Notes under the pieces: generated by a model
What the model saw: only the letters and a program-made list of their open reading frames with translations
What the model was told of the DNA's origin: nothing
The model's database searches: none
Part shown: positions 37,923-48,784 of the stretch, piece by piece
Layout: each line of letters starts with the position of its first letter
Numbering within the stretch: the stretch's first letter is position 1
Position numbers and translations under genes: made by a program
Source of the DNA: a virus
IMG/VR virus record: IMGVR_UViG_3300025112_006940
Location: 1-64,000 of that record
Direction: 5' to 3' (one strand)
Length of the DNA: 64,000 bases

Positions 37923-38621
37923 ATGAGCAATGTTTTTTTGAAAATTCATCCGCTTGATAGAAATAACAAACCTATTAAAACACACTGTTTTGATATGGAA
38001 AATAACATGTTTGTAAAGGTAAACCAAAGGGCTACAAAAAATATTCCAAATAAAAAGTACTTTACAAGAGATGAAAAAATTGGAAAATTTAAAGTCCTAA
38101 GGGCAAGAAATGAATTTAAAGAAACATTGATGGAAGAATTTCAAAGGGATCATAGGAATCTTAAAAGACGAAAAATCGAAACGCATTTATTATTTTCAGA
38201 TAAGACAGTACTTGTCCTATCTCAACCGCATAAATACATATATAAAAGTCAAAGACCAATTAAGCATAAATTTGCATTTGATGTATTAAATAATGAATTT
38301 ATTTTAATTTCAAATGAAACTTGGAAAAATGAAGGATTACATAAGTTTGGCAGAGGTTTTTTAGTTAGAAAAGAAAATGGTAAGTGGAAAAAAATTATGC
38401 CTATTTCTGAAGGCAAATTTACTAAAGAATTAGATGAAATACAACTTCAGGGTATTCATGATATTGTAGGAGAAAATTTACTTTTATGGATATCTAAATC
38501 TAAGTATGATAATATGTGCAATAGGTGCAAGAAAACATGCAAACAACCTAAGCTTACTGAATTAATGTTTTGTAAAACATTTGACGCTATTAAATCAAGA
38601 AAGAAAAGGGCTGTTAAATGA
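37923..38621 (+). CDS. hypothetical protein with C-terminal CxxCxxxC..C
   Basis: CNRCKKTCKQ..MFC. Confidence 0.7.
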   Translation: MSNVFLKIHPLDRNNKPIKTHCFDMENNMFVKVNQRATKNIPNKKYFTRDEKIGKFKVLRARNEFKETLMEEFQRDHRNLKRRKIETHLLFSDKTVLVLSQPHKYIYKSQRPIKHKFAFDVLNNEFILISNETWKNEGLHKFGRGFLVRKENGKWKKIMPISEGKFTKELDEIQLQGIHDIVGENLLLWISKSKYDNMCNRCKKTCKQPKLTELMFCKTFDAIKSRKKRAVK

Positions 38622-39241
38622 TTGATAAAAAAGCAGCTAAGGCTGTTGATCAAGCAATAAAGGTTTTAAATAAATACATACTTGAGTCTGATAAAATTTC
38701 AAATGAAAGAAAAGATCAGGTTAACAATGTATTAGAAGTTTTAGGTGAGAGGTTATTTACTGCACCGGCTTCAACAAAAACTGCAATGCATTCAGCATAT
38801 CCTGGCGGATTGATTGTTCATTCATTAGCAGTAACAAGGAGAATATTTGATTTATGCGGCGCATTTGAGGTTTCAGAAGAAGATGTGCCGCATGACTCAA
38901 AAGTAATTGTTGGTTTATTCCATGATATTGGAAAAATAGGAACATATGATGGAATACCTCAATATATGCCAGAAGAATCAGAATGGCATAGAACCAAACT
39001 TGGCCAAATATATAATTACAATAAAAATCTTGATGATGCACTTACACATGCTCAAAGATCAGCAAGATTATTAGGGCAATGCGGATTGATTTTAACTGAT
39101 CAAGAATATGCATCAATATTGATTCATGATGGAATTTATATTGAAACAAATAAATCAAGAGAAGCTATGTATACTAAAATTAAATTAGCGAGAATTGCAC
39201 ATTTTGCTGATTCATGGGTTGCTTTACAGGAGGATATTTAA
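38618..39241 (+). CDS. HD-domain phosphohydrolase
   Basis: APAS..H...GGLIVHS, FHDIGK, HDG, HFAD. Confidence 0.88.
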   Translation: MIDKKAAKAVDQAIKVLNKYILESDKISNERKDQVNNVLEVLGERLFTAPASTKTAMHSAYPGGLIVHSLAVTRRIFDLCGAFEVSEEDVPHDSKVIVGLFHDIGKIGTYDGIPQYMPEESEWHRTKLGQIYNYNKNLDDALTHAQRSARLLGQCGLILTDQEYASILIHDGIYIETNKSREAMYTKIKLARIAHFADSWVALQEDI

Positions 39242-39242
39242 T

Positions 39243-40043
39243 ATGAAACTTACATTCGTAGGTTGTGGTTCTGCATTTAATAAGTTAAGTCTTCAAAGCA
39301 ATATGCTTTTAGAAGCTGAGTCTGGTAAAAAAATGCTTATTGATTGTGGTTCTTATGCGCATATAGGATTATTATCTGCATTAGGGATTAATGAAACAAA
39401 TTATGCAGATGAAATTGATTCTATTTATATTTCACATCAACATGGAGATCATATTGATGGGTTAGAAGAAATTGCATTTTGCACATATTTTAATCCTAAT
39501 GCTCCAAAAATTGCACTTTATTGCGAGCAATATCTAATGCATAGAATTTGGGATGAAAGTCTTAAAGGTGGATTAGGATCTGTTCAAGGCAAAGTAATGC
39601 ATCTTACAGATTATTTTGATTGTAGGCCATTGAATGTTAATGTTATAAATCAATGGGAGGGAATTAATTTTGAATTAGTTCAAACACTTCATGTGATGAA
39701 TGGATTTGAATTTGTTCCAAGCTATGGTTTAATGATAAAAGAAGAAAAGGTAAATGCTAAAAATATATTTTTAACAACAGATACACAACATTGCCCAAAT
39801 CAAATTCAAGATTTTTATGATATGGCAGATGTTATATTTCATGATTGTGAAACAGCACCTTATTTTTCTGGTGTTCATGCCCGCTATGATGAATTAAAAA
39901 CGCTGAATAAAGAAACAAAAAAGAAAATGTGGTTATATCATTATCAACCGGAACCACCACAAATGAAAACTGCAAGAGAAGATGGTTTTAGAGGACTAGT
40001 TACAAGAGGCCAAAGTTTTAAGTACGAGGTGAAAAATGAGTGA
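39243..40043 (+). CDS. MBL-fold metallo-hydrolase (RNase Z-like)
   Basis: GCGSAF, LIDCG, SHQHGDH, TTDT, FHDC, LYHY. Confidence 0.88.
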   Translation: MKLTFVGCGSAFNKLSLQSNMLLEAESGKKMLIDCGSYAHIGLLSALGINETNYADEIDSIYISHQHGDHIDGLEEIAFCTYFNPNAPKIALYCEQYLMHRIWDESLKGGLGSVQGKVMHLTDYFDCRPLNVNVINQWEGINFELVQTLHVMNGFEFVPSYGLMIKEEKVNAKNIFLTTDTQHCPNQIQDFYDMADVIFHDCETAPYFSGVHARYDELKTLNKETKKKMWLYHYQPEPPQMKTAREDGFRGLVTRGQSFKYEVKNE

Positions 40044-41055
40044 ATTAATTGTTGAAGTTTGTAAAATAGATGAAATAAGATCACATAGTAATGCAGATAA
40101 ATTAGAAATTGCTATAGTGAAGGGGTGGTCTGTTATTACACAAAAAGGAAAATATAAGGCTGGAGATCTAGTTGTCCATGTTCCCCCAGATACGATTCTT
40201 ACTGAAGAACTTTCAGAACAGCTCGAAGTTACAAAATACCTTTCTAAGCAAAGAGTAAAGGCTGTAAGATTACGTGGTGAAATGAGTTTTGGTTTAATAT
40301 TTGAGCCACCACTTGGGCATCATCAAGAAGGTACGTCAGTTGTAGATTTTTATAAAATGAGAAAATGGGAGCCACCTGAAGAATCTATTCAAGGTGATTC
40401 AGAAGTAGATGCTACATTTTTTGTTAAATACACAAGCATTGAAAACTATAGAAATTTTCCTTTGATGATTGCTGAAGGTGAAGATGTAATTATAACTGAA
40501 AAAATTCATGGAACAAATTCAAGAGTAGGATATTGTTTTGATACTAAGGCGCAAGAACCTATTTTCATGATTGGCTCTCATAACAGACGAAGAAAAATTG
40601 ATGTTGAGAGCTTATATCATAAACCATTAACTGATAATGTAAAATCATTGCTTAAACAATTATATGATAGCTGGGACAATTGTGCAGCAGTAATTTTATA
40701 TGGCGAAATTTATGGACGTGGTATTCAAGATTTAGGTTATGATATAGAACATTCTTTTGCTGCATTTGATATAAAGAGAGATGATCATTATTTTGATTAT
40801 TCAGCAATGAAAGATTTATGTGATTCATTTGAAATTCCAACAGTTCCAGTATTATATCGTGGCCCATTTAGCAAAGAAATTTTAGAAAAATATTACATGG
40901 GCACTACAATAGTTGGAAATAATTCAAATCAAATTAGGGAAGGCGTTGTTGTTAAACCAACTTTTGAACATAGAAATGCTCGTGGTCGTAGAGTAATATT
41001 GAAAATGATAAGCGATGATTATCTCGTTAGAAAAGATGGTACAGAAAGACATTAG
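40036..41055 (+). CDS. ATP-dependent RNA ligase (DRB0094/Rnl5-like) with N-terminal tRNA-binding OB fold
   Basis: HSNADKLEI..LRGEMSFG; TEKIHGTN, YGEIYG, FDI, REGVVVK, LKMIS. Confidence 0.9.
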   Translation: MSELIVEVCKIDEIRSHSNADKLEIAIVKGWSVITQKGKYKAGDLVVHVPPDTILTEELSEQLEVTKYLSKQRVKAVRLRGEMSFGLIFEPPLGHHQEGTSVVDFYKMRKWEPPEESIQGDSEVDATFFVKYTSIENYRNFPLMIAEGEDVIITEKIHGTNSRVGYCFDTKAQEPIFMIGSHNRRRKIDVESLYHKPLTDNVKSLLKQLYDSWDNCAAVILYGEIYGRGIQDLGYDIEHSFAAFDIKRDDHYFDYSAMKDLCDSFEIPTVPVLYRGPFSKEILEKYYMGTTIVGNNSNQIREGVVVKPTFEHRNARGRRVILKMISDDYLVRKDGTERH

Positions 41056-41132
41056 CACGTGTATCCAAATTGGACAAAGGAAACGGACTGCAAATCCGTT
41101 CTGTGAGAGTTCGAGTCCCTCCGCGTGCTCCA
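41055..41132 (+). tRNA. tRNA-Cys(GCA)
   Basis: ACGGA-CTGCAAA-TCCGT, U73, CCA. Confidence 0.9.
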
Positions 41133-41149
41133 AAAATTAAGGAAAAAAG

Positions 41150-41479
41150 ATGGTAGAAATTGTAATAATCATTTTAACAATTTATGGAATTTGCACATCA
41201 TTTGCAATTTATAAAACCTTAGATAGAATCAATTATCTAGAGCTTATATTTAGAAATATGCATGCTCAATTAGGAACATTTACAGTTTACTGCGAACAAG
41301 TTCTTAACACAAAAAGATATGCAAATGAACCAATGATCATTGGTTTTGTTGGGCAAATGAAAGAGCTCTATACGTATTTAAAATCTGTAGAAGATTTTTA
41401 TACATTTGATATTGAGCTAAGTAATGATAACATTTCAATAGAGAATTTAGATGAGCAAGAAGAAAGAAAACAAGCTTAA
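41150..41479 (+). CDS. membrane-anchored hypothetical protein
   Basis: N-terminal TM helix. Confidence 0.7.
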   Translation: MVEIVIIILTIYGICTSFAIYKTLDRINYLELIFRNMHAQLGTFTVYCEQVLNTKRYANEPMIIGFVGQMKELYTYLKSVEDFYTFDIELSNDNISIENLDEQEERKQA

Positions 41480-41960
41480 GGAAATAGAATTATTTGATGG
41501 AAAAACACTGTCAGATTTATTTAAAGATGTTTTCGATAGATCGACAGAAGAAAGAGAAAAAGCATTAGAAATATACGACAATATTGCTGCAAGATTTCAA
41601 ACTGATGATGATGTATTTATGATTGGCGATAAAGCTAATCCATACCTTAATGTTGCGCAAAAAGCTACAGATAACATTACAAAAATGTTATTAACTGCAC
41701 AAAAAATGATTGAGATGACAAAGGTTGAAGAGGTTGAAGAGGGATTAAATAGCGAAGATATACTCACGCAACTCGATAAATTAAATGCAAACCCAGAAGA
41801 ATTAGAAATGCGTAATAATGCCGATAGTTCAGAAAAAAATGAATCTTTTTTTGATATTGATATTGAGGAAAATATTCCAAAAAGAACGACTAGTGGTAAT
41901 GCAGCCAAAAAATTTGAATTTGATTTAGGAAAGGATAAAGACTTAGAGCGCTTTAAATAA
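41451..41960 (+). CDS. conserved phage hypothetical protein
   Basis: ELFDGKTLSDLFKDVF. Confidence 0.7.
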   Translation: MSKKKENKLKEIELFDGKTLSDLFKDVFDRSTEEREKALEIYDNIAARFQTDDDVFMIGDKANPYLNVAQKATDNITKMLLTAQKMIEMTKVEEVEEGLNSEDILTQLDKLNANPEELEMRNNADSSEKNESFFDIDIEENIPKRTTSGNAAKKFEFDLGKDKDLERFK

Positions 41961-41964
41961 ATTT

Positions 41965-42483
41965 ATGATATTAGGTTTGGATGTCTCAACAAATTCAACC
42001 GGTTATGCTGTTATCGATAAAGAAGGAAAATTGTTAAAATATGGCTTTATAGATACCTCTAAAGAAAAAGATTTTTTTGATAAAGCTAATATATTTGCTC
42101 TTCAGATGAAAAATTTGTCTGAAGAGTTTTGCTTTGAAAAAATAGCTATAGAAGAAATACTTGGAAAATTTTCTGGTGGTAGATCTAGTGCAAAGGTAAT
42201 AATTGCGCTAGCTAGATTCAATGCATTGGTAAGCTATAAATGTTTTGAATATACTGAAATTAAACCTGTTCATATAAATGTATTAAGGGCAAGGAGTTTA
42301 GCATTAGGTCATAGTGTGCCAAGAGGTTTATCTAGTAAAGAATATGTATTAAAAAAAGTTATAGAATGGTATCCGGATATTATATTGCCAAAAATGAAAA
42401 GAAAAGATGCAATCGCGAAAAATGCTTATGATATCGCGGATGCTGTAGTTATCGGGAAGGCAATGATGAGATATGACGAATGA
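41965..42483 (+). CDS. ruvC: RuvC-like Holliday junction resolvase
   Basis: ILGLDVST..TGYA, IAIEE, DIADA. Confidence 0.88.
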   Translation: MILGLDVSTNSTGYAVIDKEGKLLKYGFIDTSKEKDFFDKANIFALQMKNLSEEFCFEKIAIEEILGKFSGGRSSAKVIIALARFNALVSYKCFEYTEIKPVHINVLRARSLALGHSVPRGLSSKEYVLKKVIEWYPDIILPKMKRKDAIAKNAYDIADAVVIGKAMMRYDE

Positions 42484-43435
42484 TGAAACTTTTGAATTAT
42501 TACAAGATATATTAGGAAATGCAGAAACAGAGCCAGATAAAAATGGTGACTCTACATTTCAATGTCCAAATTGCGACCATCCAAAGCCACATTTAGTTGT
42601 GAACATAGATAAGGAATTATATCATTGTTGGATATGTGAATTCAGTGGAATAGGTCATAAATATTGCTTATCAAAGCTCGGCTTCTTTAAAGAGGCTAAA
42701 CAATATTTTTCAAACCATAGAAAAACCTTAGCTGAGTTTAATCGTTCAACTATTTATCAATTAATGCATCCAGAGTATGCTAATTCTCCGCAAAATGAAT
42801 GGAAATTAGCCATACCAAATGATTACATGCAATTGTATTTTAAGAAAAAAAAATCAAGTTATCATAATGCAAATGATTACTTAGCAACACGTGGATTAAA
42901 TAGTGATGATATAATAAAATACAATATTCATTACAACCCAGAGCAAAGAAGAATATTAATACCATCTTATGATGCTAATTTCAAATTGAATTATTACATA
43001 ACAAGAGCAATAGATGATTCATTTGTAAAATACACCAATCCAGACATTCCAAAAACTGAATTTATATTTAATGAACATTTAATAAACTGGAATGAAAAGC
43101 TTCATATTTTTGAAGGAGTTTTTGATTCAATATTAAGTAGGAAAAATTCAGTAGCATTATTAGGATCATCCTTAAAAGCAAACAATAAATTATTCCAAAA
43201 AATATTACAACATCAAACAAAAGTAATAATTGCATTAGATCCTGATGCATTTCAAAAACAATCTAGAGTAGCAAAATTATTTTTTAAAAATGATATTCAA
43301 GTTGATATAGTAGATAGTAGAGAAAATGATAATGATATAGCAGATATTGGAGAAGAAGGTTATAACAAATTGTTATCAAAAAAATTGATTAATTTTGGCT
43401 TAAGGGAAATTATTGCATCTAGATTAAATGAATAG
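42473..43435 (+). CDS. DNA primase
   Basis: CPNC..HCWIC zinc finger, EGVFD, LDPDA TOPRIM. Confidence 0.9.
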   Translation: MTNDETFELLQDILGNAETEPDKNGDSTFQCPNCDHPKPHLVVNIDKELYHCWICEFSGIGHKYCLSKLGFFKEAKQYFSNHRKTLAEFNRSTIYQLMHPEYANSPQNEWKLAIPNDYMQLYFKKKKSSYHNANDYLATRGLNSDDIIKYNIHYNPEQRRILIPSYDANFKLNYYITRAIDDSFVKYTNPDIPKTEFIFNEHLINWNEKLHIFEGVFDSILSRKNSVALLGSSLKANNKLFQKILQHQTKVIIALDPDAFQKQSRVAKLFFKNDIQVDIVDSRENDNDIADIGEEGYNKLLSKKLINFGLREIIASRLNE

Positions 43436-43444
43436 GAGAACATA

Positions 43445-46400
43445 TTGAAAATTGCCCATTGCGCAGATATTCATATACGTTTATTAAAAAGACATAGCGA
43501 ATATAGCAAAGTATTTGATAATTTTCAGAGATCATTATTTGAAAATGAAATTGATAGAATTGTTGTTGCAGGAGATTTATTTCATAATAAGGTAAGTTTA
43601 TCACCAGAGGCAGTAAGATTAGGCAGGGATTTTTTACAAAAAATTGCTCAAGCTGCTCCTGTTGATATAATAGTAGGAAATCATGATTGTATAGTAAACC
43701 AGCCTAATAGACTAGATGCAATCACTCCAGTTTTAGATCATATAGATGAATTAACACATTCTATAAATTTGTGGGAAAATAGTGGAATATTTAACATTGA
43801 AGATAACATAAATTATGGAATTTTTGCAATAAACGATGAAGATAATTTTCCATACATAATTGATGATAAAAAAGATGATCAAATTTACATAGCATTATTT
43901 CATGGAGCTATAAACAAAGCAAAAACTGATGTTGAATATGCTTTAAAATCTAGATATAATGTTAATATGTTTGATAATTATGATTTTGCATTTTTAGGTG
44001 ATATTCATAAAATGCAAGTTTTATCATACGATCGTGCAATGAATCCAAAAATAGCATATTCAGGTAGTCTTATACAACAAAATCATGGTGAAGTAATAGA
44101 TAAAGGATATTTAATTTGGGATACAGAAGAATTATCAACTAAATTTGTAAAAGTAGAAAATGACTATGGTTTTTATACAATAAAGCTTAATGATATTGAT
44201 GCTAATAATTTAACAAATTTAGCATTTGAAGGTGTTCCAAAAAAACCATACATAAGAGTTCTTGTTGGCGGCTCTTCATATAATCAAGTTACATTAAATA
44301 ACATAGCTTCGACTGTTAGAGAAATGTATAATCCATTATCACTTTCTGTTGAAGTAGATATGACTAGCGATAATGAAAATATTGATATAGAAGACTTAGA
44401 AATTGAAAATGTTACTCAATTATCAGTTCAACAAAAACTACTTAGAAATTGGTTTGATAATTCATCTTTAACAAAAACAGAAATTGATAATATACTTAGC
44501 ATACATTCAGAAATATTTAATACTTCAATTGAAGTAGAAACAAAAAATAGAGGAATAAATTGGAATGTTCATAGAATGAATTTTTCAAATACATTTTCTT
44601 ATGGAGAGGATAATTCAATTGATTTTGATTCATTGGATGGGCTTGTAGGAATATTTGCACCGAACAGGGCTGGAAAATCTGCGCTCTTGGCTACATTGTT
44701 AAATGGTCTATTTAATATGTCAGATAGAGTATCTAGAAGCAATATCTCAGATCTTATAAATTCAAATGAAAGTAATGCTTCAATTGAAATATATTTTTCA
44801 GTTGATAATAGAAAATTTGTTATAATGAGAATTATTGAAAGAAGACCAGATAATCCAAATAAGGGAAAAACTAAAATTGCATTATGGGAAATAATTGCTG
44901 GGCAAAGAATACCATTATCTGGAGATGCAAGAGTAAACGAAACTGAGCAAATGTTAAAAAATATGTTAGGTAGTTATTTAGACCATAGATTAACAACATT
45001 TGGAATGCAAAATGACCTATCCAGTTTTTTAGATCAAAATCAAGCTAGCAGAAAAGAGTCATTATCAAAATTTTTAGGACTTGATGTTATAGATCAATTA
45101 TATTGGGCAATTAAGGCTGAAAATGATGGACTTAAAAAGTTGATAAAACAATACAAGGAGCATGATTTTAATGCAATACTTGATGGCTATATAAAGGAAA
45201 GAGATTCTATAGAAATAGAATTGGCAGATGCTAATAAGCTGAAAAATAAGATATCAAAACAAATATCAAAAATAAATGAAAAAATAAATGAAAAAACTAA
45301 GCAAATTGAAAATGTAGATTATTCTAATGATGTAGATATTAAGGGCAAAATTCGTTCTTTAGAGATGCTTATAAAAAATGAGAAACAGCATATTATTGAT
45401 AGCGAAAATGAAAAGAAGCAAATACAAAAATCTATAGACGATATTGAAAATGAATTAAATGATTTTGATGAATTATTACGCAGCAAAATTAAATCAAAAT
45501 TAGTTGAAAATAAGGAAAAACATTTATTCATAATGAATAGCATAATGTTGTTGAAAAAAGATTTAAAAAATGCTAAATCATTATCAGAAATTCTTGAAAA
45601 ACATGATTGGTTTGAAAAAAATGATTATTGCAAAAAATGTTCATTTTTATCTGAGGCCTTTATTGCTAAAAATTCATTAGACAATTTTTTATTGCAAATT
45701 GAAGAAAAGAATAAGGAAGCAATTGAAGTAAATGAAAAAATAGAAAAGGCACAAATTATTGAATCTGAATTTGAAATATTGGAAACAAAACTTCATGATC
45801 AAAAAAGATTAGCATCCACTTTAGATTTATTAGAATTAAGATTGAAAAATGATAAACAAAATGCAGAGTATACTATAAAAGAACTGGACGATGCCAAACA
45901 ATTATTAAAACTATACGAAAAAAATGAAGCAACAATTGAAAAAAATGAAAGATTAGAAAATGAAATCGCGAAGCAAAGAAAAGATCTAAATACATTTTCA
46001 GACCAAAGCAATGGAATTGACAATTTCATAAATAAGCGAAATGTTGAATTAGGTGGAATAAAACAAAAAATTGACGATCTTGGAAATTCCATGCAGCATT
46101 TAACTGAAATTGAAGAAACATTTAGATTGTCATCAATGTTACAAAATGCATTATCAAAAGACGGTATTCAATTACAGATCATAAAAAAAGTTATCCCAAG
46201 AATTAATATGGAGCTTAGGAAAATACTTTCAAATGTTACTGACTTTGATATTATACTTGAAATTGATGATGAATCAAGAGATATAGGAATTTATATAGAC
46301 GATGGAAATAGTAAGAGGTCATTAGATCTTGGTTCCGGAATGGAAAAATCAACAGGGTCAATAGCAATAAGGGCTGCTATAGCAAATATATCATTAATCC

Positions 46401-46612
46401 CCAGATGTAATTTATTTATTATAGATGAAGGATTCGGTACATTAGATTCTGATAATTTAAATAACATGAATATGCTGCTTGGCTACCTTAAATCAATTTT
46501 TAAAACAGTTATTATAATATCTCATATTTCTGAGATGCAAGATATAGTTGATCATATCATAACAATGGAAAGGGATGAAAATGGGTATTCGAAAATTAAG
46601 TTCGGCAATTGA
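43445..46612 (+). CDS. fused SbcD (Mre11)-SbcC (Rad50) nuclease-ATPase
   Basis: DIH, GDLFH, GNHD, GDIH; APNRAGKS, CKKC hook, GSGMEK, IIDEGFG, ISH. Confidence 0.92.
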   Translation: MKIAHCADIHIRLLKRHSEYSKVFDNFQRSLFENEIDRIVVAGDLFHNKVSLSPEAVRLGRDFLQKIAQAAPVDIIVGNHDCIVNQPNRLDAITPVLDHIDELTHSINLWENSGIFNIEDNINYGIFAINDEDNFPYIIDDKKDDQIYIALFHGAINKAKTDVEYALKSRYNVNMFDNYDFAFLGDIHKMQVLSYDRAMNPKIAYSGSLIQQNHGEVIDKGYLIWDTEELSTKFVKVENDYGFYTIKLNDIDANNLTNLAFEGVPKKPYIRVLVGGSSYNQVTLNNIASTVREMYNPLSLSVEVDMTSDNENIDIEDLEIENVTQLSVQQKLLRNWFDNSSLTKTEIDNILSIHSEIFNTSIEVETKNRGINWNVHRMNFSNTFSYGEDNSIDFDSLDGLVGIFAPNRAGKSALLATLLNGLFNMSDRVSRSNISDLINSNESNASIEIYFSVDNRKFVIMRIIERRPDNPNKGKTKIALWEIIAGQRIPLSGDARVNETEQMLKNMLGSYLDHRLTTFGMQNDLSSFLDQNQASRKESLSKFLGLDVIDQLYWAIKAENDGLKKLIKQYKEHDFNAILDGYIKERDSIEIELADANKLKNKISKQISKINEKINEKTKQIENVDYSNDVDIKGKIRSLEMLIKNEKQHIIDSENEKKQIQKSIDDIENELNDFDELLRSKIKSKLVENKEKHLFIMNSIMLLKKDLKNAKSLSEILEKHDWFEKNDYCKKCSFLSEAFIAKNSLDNFLLQIEEKNKEAIEVNEKIEKAQIIESEFEILETKLHDQKRLASTLDLLELRLKNDKQNAEYTIKELDDAKQLLKLYEKNEATIEKNERLENEIAKQRKDLNTFSDQSNGIDNFINKRNVELGGIKQKIDDLGNSMQHLTEIEETFRLSSMLQNALSKDGIQLQIIKKVIPRINMELRKILSNVTDFDIILEIDDESRDIGIYIDDGNSKRSLDLGSGMEKSTGSIAIRAAIANISLIPRCNLFIIDEGFGTLDSDNLNNMNMLLGYLKSIFKTVIIISHISEMQDIVDHIITMERDENGYSKIKFGN

Positions 46613-46871
46613 AGTAAAGGTAAAACAACTATCACTTAAAGATGGTGATATTTTGCATATAGATAATACAGATCAAAAATTGTCATCTTCAGAATTACAA
46701 AGCATAACAAATGGTGTTAATGCGTTACTCAAAGATATTTATAAAGATAAAGTTAAAATAGGCCTTATTGTAACAAGCAATGGTGAATACAAAGTTGACA
46801 GAGCAGATAAGATGCTCAGAGATAAAGGTTGGCGAAAAGTAGGAAGTCCAAATAAAATGGATTTAATATAG
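46575..46871 (+). CDS. hypothetical protein
   Basis: ORF track. Confidence 0.6.
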   Translation: MKMGIRKLSSAIEVKVKQLSLKDGDILHIDNTDQKLSSSELQSITNGVNALLKDIYKDKVKIGLIVTSNGEYKVDRADKMLRDKGWRKVGSPNKMDLI

Positions 46872-46880
46872 AGAAAAATA

Positions 46881-47417
46881 ATGGGTTTGATGGATATAGT
46901 CAAAGGAGCTGGAAATGTTTTATCAGGTGGCCTTGGTGGATTAGCAGAATCAGTTGTTGATGTTGTAGCTGGCCAATTTCCTGATAAAATGAGTGAAGCT
47001 GAAAAGGCGCAACTTACAGCAAAAATTAAAGAAATTGAGCATAAGAAAGAAATTGAATTAATGCAAGCTTGGAATGAACAAGAAAAAGGCTTTCAACAAT
47101 TCATAAATGAACATGAAGGATCTGCTAGCGATTTAAAAGCTTTGCCAGTGCTTGGTCCTATCATGATCTTTTTAAGGGGTGCATTCAGACCTCTCATGGC
47201 ATTTGGTGTGATGATAACTGACTTGTGTGTATTTTCAGGTCAATGGAATATTGCAGTGTTAGCTGGATCTGCTTTGGCGCCACAAGTTATGTCGTTGTTA
47301 TGGATCATAAATATTTGTGTTTTGACATTTTATTTTGGGGAAAGAGCTATGAAGAATGTTGGCCCATTAGTTGAAAGAATAATTGAAAAATCAATCTTGT
47401 CTAAAGATGCTAAATAG
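46881..47417 (+). CDS. putative holin (3-TM type)
   Basis: RGAFRPL, TM helices, YFGERAMK. Confidence 0.7.
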   Translation: MGLMDIVKGAGNVLSGGLGGLAESVVDVVAGQFPDKMSEAEKAQLTAKIKEIEHKKEIELMQAWNEQEKGFQQFINEHEGSASDLKALPVLGPIMIFLRGAFRPLMAFGVMITDLCVFSGQWNIAVLAGSALAPQVMSLLWIINICVLTFYFGERAMKNVGPLVERIIEKSILSKDAK

Positions 47418-47558
47418 AAGTTTAACACTACTATATAAAGGTGAGAGTATGAAATTATTTTATGCGTTTAAAGAATGTGTTAACATTCCAGTTCATCTTA
47501 TAGATAATGTTAAAAACTTAGCACCATTTATTGAAAAGATGTTTATGGGGAAATAGTA

Positions 47559-47915
47559 ATGAAGTTATCAGAAGCAACAGAACCAAAACCAACGTTTAAA
47601 AGTCTTATAAGCAGAATGCAAATTTTTAAACAAAACTATAGCAATGCTTTTAATGCATATAACTACAATAAAAGTACTGCTTATACTGAACTTGTAGTAT
47701 TAAAAAAAGAATTAACTAAATTTGCAAAAGATAATAAAAAGAATCCAGAAGTATCACAAAAACTTCATTCACAAATAAAAGAAGTTATTAAATATTTTAC
47801 TGGAAGAATAAAAGAACTTGATGTTCGTTATAAAGAGCAAAAAGAAAGAGAAAAAAATTTGAAACAACATGGTCGCTCATCTAGTTACTTAGATAATAAA
47901 CTGAGGGCAAGATAA
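47559..47915 (+). CDS. hypothetical protein with MKLSE leader
   Basis: ORF track. Confidence 0.7.
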   Translation: MKLSEATEPKPTFKSLISRMQIFKQNYSNAFNAYNYNKSTAYTELVVLKKELTKFAKDNKKNPEVSQKLHSQIKEVIKYFTGRIKELDVRYKEQKEREKNLKQHGRSSSYLDNKLRAR

Positions 47916-48286
47916 TGAATCAAGAACTGAAAAGAACAATCATATTATCATACAATAAGAGTGACAAAAATAAGGCTAAATTCTTAAAATTGCTGGCAAG
48001 AGAAACAGGCCTTACGAAAAGGGGAATGTCAAGAGGTCCTGTTGCTGATATGATATCTACATTTGTGTTTAATGAGGGTAAAGGAATGGAATTAAAAGAA
48101 GCACAAGGTAAAGATTCTATGAAATTAGCATATTCAGGATTGAAACAAATAAATCAAGCAATTCAAATAATTAGGTATCAATCTAAAGGTGGTGGTGATA
48201 GAGCTCTTGGCGAATACGCTTCTGAATTAGCTGAACATGCAGAAGCGCTTGACATGTTATTTCAAAATGCTGAAGATATAATGTAA
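47915..48286 (+). CDS. hypothetical protein (internal MELKEA)
   Basis: ORF track. Confidence 0.65.
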   Translation: MNQELKRTIILSYNKSDKNKAKFLKLLARETGLTKRGMSRGPVADMISTFVFNEGKGMELKEAQGKDSMKLAYSGLKQINQAIQIIRYQSKGGGDRALGEYASELAEHAEALDMLFQNAEDIM

Positions 48287-48295
48287 GGAAAATAT

Positions 48296-48784
48296 ATGAA
48301 TTTACTTGTTGAAAGATTTTCCGATAATGGCGATAGCACGCTTGGAATATTATATGAAAAAGTTCCAGGATATAAAAGATTTGAAAAAAAGCTATTAGCA
48401 TTTACAATTGAAGATGAAAAAAGAACACAAAAAGTTTTTGGAGAAACAAGAATACCTGAAGGTATTTATGACATAAAATTAAGAACTGAAGGTGGTTTTC
48501 ATAAAAGGTATGCAGCAAAATATGGAGATATGCATGTAGGAATGTTATGGTTACAAGATGTTCCTAATTTTGAATATGTATTAATTCATACTGGAAATGA
48601 TGATGATGATACAGCAGGTTGTTTATTGGTAGGGGATAAGAGTGCGCAAAATGTTACAAAACCCGGTGCAGTAGAAATTTCAGTAGGCGCATATAAGAGA
48701 ATCTATCCACCAATTGCTGAAGCAATTTATAATGGCGAAAATGTTACGATTGAATACGTAGATTCAACTATTCATTTTTTCTAA
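48296..48784 (+). CDS. DUF5675-like putative cell-wall hydrolase
   Basis: STLG, FTIED, TRIPEG.Y, DVPNF..VLIHTGN...TAGCLLVG. Confidence 0.78.
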   Translation: MNLLVERFSDNGDSTLGILYEKVPGYKRFEKKLLAFTIEDEKRTQKVFGETRIPEGIYDIKLRTEGGFHKRYAAKYGDMHVGMLWLQDVPNFEYVLIHTGNDDDDTAGCLLVGDKSAQNVTKPGAVEISVGAYKRIYPPIAEAIYNGENVTIEYVDSTIHFF

